DNA from: an uncultured Acidobacteriota bacterium
GTDB taxonomy: Bacteria > Acidobacteriota > UBA6911 > RPQK01 > JAJDTT01
Reading direction: 5' to 3'
Assembly (NCBI GenBank): GCA_951812665.1
Contig: CATOST010000029.1
Coordinates: forward strand, 38,058 to 62,057
Length of the DNA: 24,000 nucleotides
The notes beneath the pieces were generated by a model, which saw nothing but the letters and a program-made list of their open reading frames with translations, had not been told where the DNA came from and ran no database searches. A program made the position numbers and the translations under genes. Positions 16,857 to 24,000 of the stretch are shown here, one piece after another; positions within the stretch are counted from its first letter, which is position 1; every line of letters begins with the position of its first letter.

Positions 16857-17812
16857 TTGGATTCTCTTCGCAGGTTTTCCGGATCGGACGTTTCGTTCAG
16901 TGTGTCTTCGGTTCCGGGGATCACTCTGCGGAAGCGCCTTTTCCAGGGGCTCCAAATCCTCTTCTTCCCCAAAGCTGCGTCCTCTGCGGCCGCTGGGTCG
17001 CCAATCCGGACGCCAGTCCCCTTTGTTCCGAATGCTTCCTGCAACTGCCCGGATTCCAGGATCCTCTCTGCCCGAGTTGTGGCGGGCCTGCGCCCGCCGG
17101 GGATTTGCCGGTTCCGGATCGGGAGAAAGATCCAGGGGTTCTGAAACCCTGCGCGTCCTGCCGGGGGACGCGGGCCTTTCATCACTCGACTCGGGCCTGG
17201 GGACCGTACGCCGGAACCCTGAGAAAGTTGATCCATCGCTTCAAATTCTCCGGCCCACCGCCGCCTGGCGCATCCTCTGTCATCGGTTGCTCGAGGAAGC
17301 CTACCGGGCACGGCCCAATCCCTTCTCGCCTTCCTGGCTGGTACCGGTTCCGTCCCATCCTCGGCGCCTGAGAAAAACGGGGATTCGACCAGACTCACCT
17401 CTTGACTCGAACCCTGGGCCGAAGACTGGACCTGCCGGTGTTCCGGGGCCTTCGCAGGTCGCGTCCGACCCCGCCCCAGTTCGGACTCGACCTGAAGGCT
17501 CGAAGGAGGAACGTGCGCAACGCCTTCCGGCTCCGGCAGGCGCGACGACTCTCGGGAGCCGATCTGGTGCTGGTGGACGACATCCTGACCACGGGCGCCA
17601 CCTCCCGTGAGATTTCCAAGGTCCTCAAGCGGGACGGCCAAGCGGGACGAATCCTGATCCTTACGGTAGCCCGGGTACCATTGCCGCGGGAAACCCTGGG
17701 AGGACTGGAGCGGCGACTTCCCAGGCGCCGATTAGGGGGGAGCAGGGGGGACGATAGTTCCCCCTCTACACCCCATCCACTGGAGGATCGCCACGGCCTG
17801 GTAATAGACTGA
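16857..17812 (+). pseudogene. comF: ComF-family (amidophosphoribosyltransferase-like) gene split over at least 4 frame segments
   Basis: Recognisable ComF segments lie in different frames. 'LFQGLQILFFPK' is in the frame of 16857. 'CVLCGRW...LCSECF...CPSCGGP...CASCRG...RAWGPYAGTLRKLIHRFKFSG' is in the frame of 17105. 'HRLLEEAYRARPNPFSPSWLVPVPSHPRRLRK' is in the frame of 16900. 'RGFDQTHLLTRTLG...VLVDDILTTGATSREISKVLKRDGA..ILILTVAR' is in the frame of 17402. Confidence 0.7.
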
Positions 17813-17820
17813 CCAGGAGA

Positions 17821-18787
17821 ATGTCTGAGGGTATGGGGGAGCATGACAGCCGCAGTGGCGAGGCGCCGTCACCGCTGGCCGAGTGCGTGATCAACGTCAG
17901 CGAGGGCCGCGACCAAACCTGTCTCCGCGAACTGGCCCGGACCGCGGCGGCGACGCCCGCCGCCGCTCTGCTCCACCGGGACGCGGATACCGATCACCAC
18001 CGGACCGTCTTCACGTTGGCGGGCTCTCTTCCGGGCCTTGAACAGGCCGCGGCAGCACTTTGCCGCCGCACCGTCGACCTGCTTGATCTCTCCCGGCATC
18101 GAGGCGTCCATCCCCGGATCGGCGCCGTGGACGTGATTCCGTTCGTGCCCATCCGCGGCGTCTCCATGTCCGATTGCATCCGGAGCGCTCGCCGGCTGGG
18201 AAAGTCTCTGGCGGAAGAGATCCAACTCCCGGTCTATCTCTACGAGCAGGCGGCCACCCGCCCGGAGCGAAGATCCCTGCGGAGTTGCGGCGGGGGAGGT
18301 CTGGTGTCGCTACGCCGGCGAATGGCGCGGGATCCGGCCTGGGCGCCCGACTTCGGACCCGCTCGGTCCCATCCGACGGCCGGAGTCAGTTGCATCGGAG
18401 CGCGGGACTTTCTAATCGCCTACAATCTGTTCCCTCGAAGATCCGGATCTGACCGTAGCGCGGAAAGTGGCCGCCCGGATCCGGGAACGGGACGGCGGCC
18501 TGCCCGGCGTCAAGGCGCTGGGGTTGGGGATCGCCAGCCGGAATCAGGCGCAGGTCAGCACCAATCTCACCGACTTTCGCAGGACTTCCCTGGTCCGTCT
18601 CTTCGATACCGCGGACCGCCATGCCCGCGAACTGGGCACGAGGGTCTCCTCCTCGGAGATCGTGGGCTTGGCCCCCCGTGACGCTGTGGGCAGGGATGCC
18701 ACCGCTCGGCTGCGGCTGGAGAAACCGGCGTCGGAGTCGATCCTGGAAGAGCGGATTCGCCAAGCCTGGCCCGGAATCGAGATCTGA
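17821..18787 (+). pseudogene. ftcD: Glutamate formimidoyltransferase (FTCD N-terminal-type), single +1 frameshift at about 18433
   Basis: The N-terminal part is 'ECVINVSEGRD', 'DHHRTVFTLAG', 'HPRIGAVDVIPFVP', 'PVYLYEQAA', 'PDFGP' and 'GARDFLIAYNLF'. The continuation 'LEDPDLTVARKVAARIRERDGGLPGVKALGL...VSTNLTDF...SEIVGLAP' is in the next frame (tracked ORF 18467..18787). The junction lies in the CCC run at 18432-18434. Confidence 0.8.
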
Positions 18788-18826
18788 CGCGGCGCGTCTC
18801 CACGGACTGGAACGTACCGATCGAAT

Positions 18827-19336
18827 CTACGGCTCGATGCCCCAGGCGCGCAATGCCTCGCCCTCCAGCCGGCTGTAGGCCAGAGTCTCTCCCACCGCCC
18901 CTTCGCGCCAGACGCTGTTGCCCCCGTCGCGTATGGCGTCCCGGTTCTTGATGATGGTGGCGAACACGTTTCCGGGCGTCGGTCCCATTTTGGGCGAGAG
19001 AAGCAGATTGTCCCGGTCGTAGAACACGGCCAGATCGATGACCGGAGCCCCCGATTCGGACCGGACCGGCAGTTGGAGGCCGGAATCCAGCGTGAAATAC
19101 ATGACGTCTCCGGCCGCCGGAACCATCGAACAGTTCTCGGGGCCAGGCTCTTCGGGAGCGAAGGCGGGGACCAGGATGTAGATCTCGTTGCTGGCGTACT
19201 TGGCGTGGTACACCTCACCCTCCTGGGGCAGTGCATTCCAGACCGCCTCGCAGGTCCGGGGCGCCTTCTCGTCCAGCAGACGGGCGACGCAACTGATCCC
19301 GCGCTTCTTGAGAGCGATTTCGATGTATCGAGACAT
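18827..19336 (-). CDS. DUF3830-like (cyclophilin-like fold) protein of unknown function (169 aa)
   Basis: 'MSRYIEIALKKRGISCVARLLDEKAPRTCEAVWNALPQEGEVYHAKYASNEIY' matches my recollection of the DUF3830 N-terminal pattern (family call from memory only). The ATG at 19334-19336 is preceded by GGTGGAGttaattATG on the minus strand. Confidence 0.75.
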   Translation of the reverse strand: MSRYIEIALKKRGISCVARLLDEKAPRTCEAVWNALPQEGEVYHAKYASNEIYILVPAFAPEEPGPENCSMVPAAGDVMYFTLDSGLQLPVRSESGAPVIDLAVFYDRDNLLLSPKMGPTPGNVFATIIKNRDAIRDGGNSVWREGAVGETLAYSRLEGEALRAWGIEP

Positions 19337-19391
19337 AATTAACTCCACCTCGAAGGCAAATCAGGATTGAAAAACGGTGCGCCCGCGGACG

Positions 19392-19420
19392 GCTAGGAGT
19401 CTGCGCCGTAGGCTCCTAGC
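19392..19420. repeat. 29-bp imperfect palindrome related to the 11125-11293 element's inverted repeats
   Basis: The sequence is GCTAGGAG-TCTGCGCCGTAGG-CTCCTAGC, with an 8-bp stem. 19393-19411 (CTAGGAGTCTGCGCCGTAG) matches the TIR consensus CTAGGAGYCTGCGCYGYAG at all 19 positions, and matches the individual arms at 17/19 (left) and 18/19 (right). The palindrome overlaps the TAG stop of the FAH gene. Confidence 0.4.
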
Positions 19421-20381
19421 TTGGACTGGCGGCGACCGGGTTTGCCAGAAGGCCGATTTTCGAGATCTCCACGTCCACCCGGTCTCCCGGTTTGAGGTAC
19501 TCCCCGGTGACGTTTCCGACGCCGGAGACGGTGCCGGTGCTGATCACGTCTCCCGGCTCCAGCATGACAATGGCCGAGATGTACTCGATGAGCTCGGCTA
19601 CGGAAATCAGCATCTGGCTGGTGCTGTTGTGCTGCTTTCTGTCTCCGTTGACGTAAGTGCTGATCTGCAGGTCCTGGGGGTCCCGGATCTCGTCGGTGGT
19701 GACGATCCAGGGTCCCATGGGCGCGGCGGAATCCAGCCACTTCCCGTTGAGCCAATCGAACCACTCGTCCTGGGGGCGGTCCTCGCTCCGGGGCCAGATC
19801 TTGAGCTTCCGCTCCGACACGTCATTCATGATGGTATATCCGGCGACGTAGTCGAGAGCCTGGTCCCGGGAGATCCTTTTTCCCCGCCGGCCCAGGACCA
19901 CCGCCAGCTCTCCCTCCCAGTCAATGGCCCGGGCCACGGGTGGAATCCGAATGCTGTCCCCGGGACCGATCACGCAGGTGCTGGCGGGTTTCATGAAGAA
20001 GCGCGGGGTCTCCTTGTCCTGGGAGTCCATCTTCTGTCCGCCTTCCTCGATGTGGTCCTGGAAGTTGCCGGCGAGGCAGAAGAGCTTCCGGGGCTCCGCC
20101 ACCGGAGCCCGCAGACGCACGTCGGAAAGTCGGTGCACGGCGGCTCCGTCCGCCTGGGACCCAGATGTCTCCAGGGCTGCCCGGGCGGCCCGTTCGGCAG
20201 CCTCCCGGGATTGGTTCCCGTGCTCCAGAAATTCGATCATGTCCTGAAAGAACGCGTGGGGAGGCCTCTCCTCCTTCCGGGCCAGCTCGGCGTCGGCGGC
20301 AACCAGGTCCACCACCCGTCCGTCGTCCGTGGCTATGGCGACGAAGGAGCGTTCCCCCCGGCTGCACGTGGCTAGTTTCAT
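19416..20381 (-). CDS. Fumarylacetoacetate hydrolase (FAH) family protein (321 aa)
   Basis: Family motifs are present: 'PRFFMKPASTCVIGPGDSIRIP', 'IDWEGELAVVLGRRG', 'GYTIMNDVSER', 'GKWLDSAAPMGPW' and 'MLEPGDVISTGTVSGVG'. An AAGGAGA sits 6 nt upstream of the ATG. Confidence 0.9.
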   Translation of the reverse strand: MKLATCSRGERSFVAIATDDGRVVDLVAADAELARKEERPPHAFFQDMIEFLEHGNQSREAAERAARAALETSGSQADGAAVHRLSDVRLRAPVAEPRKLFCLAGNFQDHIEEGGQKMDSQDKETPRFFMKPASTCVIGPGDSIRIPPVARAIDWEGELAVVLGRRGKRISRDQALDYVAGYTIMNDVSERKLKIWPRSEDRPQDEWFDWLNGKWLDSAAPMGPWIVTTDEIRDPQDLQISTYVNGDRKQHNSTSQMLISVAELIEYISAIVMLEPGDVISTGTVSGVGNVTGEYLKPGDRVDVEISKIGLLANPVAASPS

Positions 20382-20510
20382 TTCGTTTCTCCTTGGGAGT
20401 GCGGGAGCCTGCTCTCGGAGTCCTCACGCTCTGGTCAGCCCGAGTATTGTAGCAGCCGCTCTCCCGGTGTAAAGCATGGACGCGATTCCCAAGTTCCAAG
20501 AAATTCCGGC

Positions 20511-20516
20511 TATAAT
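20511..20516 (+). promoter_or_regulatory. Candidate -10 box (TATAAT) for the GlmL-like operon
   Basis: A perfect TATAAT lies in an AT-richer patch 28 nt upstream of the TTG start at 20544. Only a weak -35 is present (TTCCCA at 19-nt spacing). Confidence 0.3.
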
Positions 20517-20543
20517 TCCCCACACAGTCCTGGAGACCTGAGA

Positions 20544-20885
20544 TTGGCACCAAACGACGACGGAAAATCGGCGAAGGGTTGGCGGCACGCCTTTGCCGTG
20601 GAGACTCCGGCCGATTTCCAACCCTCGGACGAGCAGCGCCAGGTGGCCGATCGGATCTGCCGGGAACTGGTGCGGCGCCGGCTGGCCACGCCGACTCTCA
20701 TGTTTCTTGAAATGTCCAGGCCCCTCAACTTCCTGGGTTCCCAACTTCTGCATTTCCTGTCGCCCATGCTCTCGGGACTCACCCAGTCCCATGGACACCG
20801 GCACCTGGCCGCCTTTCTTGAGCATCGGGGCTCGGTGGACTATCTTTGTCGCCGGATCGAAGAACTCGACTCCGCCGGCAAATGA
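20544..20885 (+). CDS. Small hypothetical protein (113 aa, TTG start), translationally coupled to the GlmL-like gene
   Basis: A GGAGA sits about 8 nt upstream of the TTG. The stop overlaps the next ATG (ATGA at 20882-20885). It contains a hydrophobic or amphipathic segment 'TPTLMFLEMSRPLNFLGSQLLHFLSPMLSGL'. I recognise no family. Confidence 0.6.
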   Translation: MAPNDDGKSAKGWRHAFAVETPADFQPSDEQRQVADRICRELVRRRLATPTLMFLEMSRPLNFLGSQLLHFLSPMLSGLTQSHGHRHLAAFLEHRGSVDYLCRRIEELDSAGK

Positions 20886-22699
20886 AGCAGATCGATCCCG
20901 ACTCCATCAACGTGATCCTGGCCACCGACTGCGGGAGCACCACCACCAAGGCCATCCTCATCCGGAAGGTGGACGGAGAGTATCGGCAGACCCACCGGGG
21001 CGAGGCTCCCACTACGGTGGAGGAACCGGCGGCCGACGTGACCCTGGGGGTCGTGAACGCCGTCTCGGAGGTGGCCGAAATGGCCGGCCGCCGCCTCATC
21101 GACGGCGCCGGCCGGATCCTGCGGCCCGCTTCCGGCGGTGAAGGGTGCGATCTTTACATCTCCACTTCCAGTGCCGGCGGCGGTCTCCAGATGATGGTGG
21201 CCGGTGTGGTGCGGGAGATGACGGCCGCCAGCGCCAAGCGGGCGGCCCTGGGGGCCGGCGCCATCGTCATGGACGTTCTGGCCTCCAATGACCGCCGCCT
21301 TCCCCACGAGCAGATCCACCGGATCCGGGAGTTGCGGCCCGACATGGTGCTGATCTCGGGGGGAACCGACGGTGGAACCACCCGCCACGTGGTGCAGATG
21401 GCCGAGCTCATCGCGCCGGCCCGTCCCCAGCCCCGCTTCGGCGCCGAGTACCGGATGCCGGTGATCTTCGCGGGGAACCGGGACGCGGCGCCGCTGGTGG
21501 AGCAGACCTTCGACGAGTCGGTCCAGCTCTCCATCGTTCCCAACTTGCGTCCGGTCCTGGAACGGGAGAATCTGGGTCCGGCCCGGGACAAGATCCATGA
21601 CCTCTTTCTGGAACACGTCATGGCGCATGCCCCCGGCTACGACCGGCTGATCCAGTGGACCGACGCCCCCATCATGCCCACCCCGGGGGCGGTGGGGAAC
21701 ATCCTGCAGAGGATTGCCGAACAGCAGCGGATCAACGTAGTCGGCGTGGACATCGGCGGGGCCACCACCGACGTCTTCAGCGTCTTCGACGGCACCTTCA
21801 ACCGCACCGTGAGCGCCAACCTGGGAATGAGCTACTCCATCTCCAACGTCTGCGCCGAAGCGACGCTGCCCTCCATCCTCCGTTGGGTCCATCTGGAGAT
21901 GGAGGAGGGGGAACTGCGGAACCACGTCAAGAACAAGATGATCCGCCCCACCACGATTCCCCAGACTCGGGAATCCCTGTTCTTCGAGCAGGCCGTGGCC
22001 CGCGAGGCCCTGCGCCTGGCCTACGACCAGCACAAACAGTTCGCGACCACGCTCAAGGGCGTGCAGCAGCAGAGGACCGTGGGAGACACTTTCAGGCAGG
22101 AGGCCAGCGGACAGACCCTGGTGGACAACATGAAGCTGGATCTGCTGGTGGGATCGGGAGGAGTCTCTCCATGCTCCCTTGATGCAGCAGACGGCGGCGC
22201 TCCTGGTGGACGCCTTTCAGCCCGAGGGGATCACCTGGCTGGCCAAGGACAGCATCTTCATGATGCCGCACCTGGGGGTTCTGGCCCAGGTCCATCCGGA
22301 GGCCGCGCTCCAGGTGTTCCAGAGGGATTGCCTCATCTCCCTGGGAACCTGCGTGGCCCCCCGGGGAGCCGGCGCCTGGGGCAGCCCGGCCTTCCGCTAT
22401 TCCATCTCCGGCGACGGCCTGGAGGAGGAGGGCGCCCTCTGCTTCGGCGAGATCAAGCGGCTGCCGTTGGGCCTGGGACACAGCGCCCGAATCGTGGTGG
22501 AACCGGCGCGGAAAGTGGATGCGGGAGCGGGTCCGGGCCGGCCGCTGGAGGGTGAGCTCAGGGCGGGACGGTGGGAGTCCTGTTGGACGCCAGGGGCCGC
22601 CCTCTGACGCTGCCCTCCGATCGAGAGGCTTGCCGCAAGGCCATGGCTCAATGGGTCCGCGATCTGGAACTGGTGGCCCCGGTTCCGGAACAGGAGTGA
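20882..22699 (+). pseudogene. GlmL/MutL-family (glutamate mutase L-like, ASKHA/hydantoinase-related) protein, about 605 aa if repaired; two 1-nt frame disruptions
   Basis: 'INVILATDCGSTTTKAILI', 'ISGGTDGGTT', 'VVGVDIGGATTDVFSV' and 'LLVGSGGV' are in the frame of 20882. The next segment, 'HAPLMQQTAALLVDAFQPEGITWLAKDSIFMMPHLGVLAQVHPEAALQVF...', is in the frame of 22179. The final segment, 'TVGVLLDARGRPLTLPSDREACRKAMAQWVRDLELVAPVPEQE*', returns to the original frame and stops at 22697-22699. As written, the first frame terminates at 22555. Confidence 0.8.
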
Positions 22700-22714
22700 C
22701 GAGGTCAACGGAGG

Positions 22715-23839
22715 ATGGCCCACGCGTACACACCCGGTCTGAAGGTCAGTCCTCGCACCCGATCTCGCTGTCGGCGGATCCTGCCCATCAAGGGAGAGGT
22801 CCTGGTTCGGGCGGGGCAGCAAGTGGGCTCCCGGGACGTGGTCGCCCAGACCTTCATGCCGGGGAACATCACGCCGGTCAACGTGGCCAATCTCCTGTCG
22901 CTGCCTCCCGCGGACGTCCCCGAATGCATGCTCAAAGAGCCCGGCATGCGGGTGGAAGCCGGTGAGGCCCTGGCTCGGACCAAGGGCATTTTCGGGTTCT
23001 TCAAGTCGGAGTGCAGGGCCAGAGTCGCGGGGACCATCGAGTCCGTTTCCCAGGTCACGGGGCAGGTCATCCTGCGCGGAGCACCGATCCCGGTCCGGGT
23101 CCTGGCCTATCTGGCCGGCCAGGTGGTCGAAGAGATCCCGGGAGAAGGGGTCGTGCTGGAGGCGGACGCCACCTTCATCCAGGGGATCTTCGGAATCGGC
23201 GGCGAGGCCTTCGGGCCCGTTCGAATGGCCTGCCGGGACGAGAAGGAAGAGTTGACGGCCGACCGGCTGGACGAGGGGATGAAGGGAGCCGTCGTAGTCG
23301 GCGGCAGCCGGATGACGGGAGAAGCCGTCCGCAAGGCCTTTCGGATCGGCATCTCGGCTCTGGTCTCGGGAGGCATGGACGATACGGACCTGCGGCAGAT
23401 CCTCGGCTACGACCTGGGGGTTGCGGTCACCGGATCGGAACCGGTGGCGACGACCCTGATCATCACCGAGGGGTTCGGCCGGATCGCCATGGCCCGCAAG
23501 ACCTTCCAGCTGTTGGCTTCCCGGGAGGGGGACCAGGCGTCGGTCAACGGCTCGACGCAGATTCGGGCCGGAGTCCTGCGGCCGGAAATCGTGATTCCGT
23601 CCCCTCCCGGAGAGGCAGCGGAAGTGGAAGAAACGCGTCCGGCCGGCGTGTTGGAGCCGGGGACTCCGGTTCGGATGATCCGGGACCCTCACTTCGGATT
23701 GATCGGCGTGGTCTCACGGCTTCCGGCCGAACCTCAGGTCCTGGGTTCCGGGTCCCGGGCGCGGGTGCTGGAGGTCCGCTTGGAGTCGGGTCGGCGGCTG
23801 GTGGTGCCGCGGGCCAACGTGGAACTGATCGAGGCGTGA
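22715..23839 (+). CDS. Conserved-looking hypothetical protein (374 aa): barrel-sandwich-like N-half, KOW-like C-terminus
   Basis: This is a clean ORF 15 nt after the repaired GlmL-like stop. The N-half 'LPIKGEVLVRAGQQVGSRDVVAQT...EPGMRVEAGEALARTKG' resembles a lipoyl or hybrid-barrel motif. The C-terminal 'GTPVRMIRDPHFGLIGVVSRL...ARVLEVRLESGRRLVVPRANVELI' is KOW-like. The function is unknown to me. Confidence 0.8.
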   Translation: MAHAYTPGLKVSPRTRSRCRRILPIKGEVLVRAGQQVGSRDVVAQTFMPGNITPVNVANLLSLPPADVPECMLKEPGMRVEAGEALARTKGIFGFFKSECRARVAGTIESVSQVTGQVILRGAPIPVRVLAYLAGQVVEEIPGEGVVLEADATFIQGIFGIGGEAFGPVRMACRDEKEELTADRLDEGMKGAVVVGGSRMTGEAVRKAFRIGISALVSGGMDDTDLRQILGYDLGVAVTGSEPVATTLIITEGFGRIAMARKTFQLLASREGDQASVNGSTQIRAGVLRPEIVIPSPPGEAAEVEETRPAGVLEPGTPVRMIRDPHFGLIGVVSRLPAEPQVLGSGSRARVLEVRLESGRRLVVPRANVELIEA

Positions 23840-23844
23840 ACAAG

Positions 23845-24000
23845 ATGGACAAATCGATTTTCTTATCGCTGCTGGCCGGCGGTCTCGTCCTCTCGGGCGG
23901 GGCCTCTCCGATCCTGGCGCAATCCCCCCGGCCGCCCGGCGAAGTGCGGGCCGTCGACTTTCCCAATGATGCCGGGGAGGCGGTGCAGGTCGAGTGGGAA
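23845..24000 (+). CDS. Secreted protein, 3'-partial (runs off the window)
   Basis: An ATG at 23845 lies 5 nt after the previous stop. 'MDKSIFLSLLAGGLVLSGGASPILAQ' is a typical Sec signal peptide with an A-x-A-like cleavage site. The frame stays open to nt 24000. It is absent from the ORF track because it has no stop. Confidence 0.55.
   Translation, partial: MDKSIFLSLLAGGLVLSGGASPILAQSPRPPGEVRAVDFPNDAGEAVQVEWE

Noticed and set aside
17369-17380. Programmed ribosomal frameshifting at the A5 run in comF, or at the glmL-like junctions.
   Set aside because: The same gene carries several other frame breaks at non-slippery sites, and the glmL-like junctions have no slippery heptamer or downstream structure. 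Mutation or sequence error is the simpler explanation.
22397-23692. ORFs 22397..23692 (minus strand, 431 aa) and 22519..22965 (plus strand, 148 aa), which overlap the glmL-like 3' end and the 374-aa gene.
   Set aside because: Their translations are low-complexity Arg/Pro/Gly-rich. They overlap better-supported frames that have operon-consistent spacing.
1-24000. CRISPR arrays, tRNA/rRNA/tmRNA genes, integrases, transposases, toxin-antitoxin pairs and known defence genes.
   Set aside because: I saw no regularly spaced direct repeats, no tRNA-like T-arm (GGTTCGAATCC-type) sequence, and no ORF with recombinase, nuclease or defence-family motifs. The gene content is core metabolism and translation.

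Overview
The window is a high-GC bacterial chromosomal segment (GC judged by eye, not computed) made up almost entirely of core or housekeeping genes. I found no rRNA, tRNA, CRISPR array, integrase, transposase or recognisable defence gene. All homology calls rest on motifs I recognise by eye; no database search was run.

Gene content, left to right:
- A 5'-partial PPC/beta-propeller repeat protein.
- A PIG-L deacetylase (minus strand), divergent from a TMTC-like membrane/TPR glycosyltransferase.
- A long minus-strand string: gltA, an FmdB zinc ribbon, nadA, a DSD1-like PLP enzyme, an ornithine cyclodeaminase-family enzyme and a thioredoxin-like protein.
- A small secreted hypothetical protein.
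- trkA and a broken trkH.
- The conserved rplU-rpmA-obg-nadD-rsfS block, followed by a DksA-like gene, a broken comF and a broken glutamate formimidoyltransferase.
- A minus-strand FAH-family and DUF3830-like pair.
- A plus-strand operon built around an orphan GlmL/MutL-family (glutamate mutase L-like) protein with two uncharacterised partners and a secreted protein.

Observations most worth a second look:
1. Frame disruptions concentrate between about 13.3 and 22.7 kb. They affect trkH (internal deletion), rsfS, comF, ftcD and the glmL-like gene, while the interleaved housekeeping genes stay intact. This is either real pseudogenisation or indel-type sequence error.
2. A 169-bp MITE-like element with 24-nt terminal inverted repeats sits immediately upstream of trkA, and a related palindrome sits at the FAH stop codon.
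3. The orphan GlmL-like operon has no B12 mutase partner in the window.
4. A set of three same-architecture hairpins lies in the PIG-L/TPR divergent intergenic region.

Nothing here convincingly amounts to a novel defence or mobile system, and the interest scores are set accordingly.
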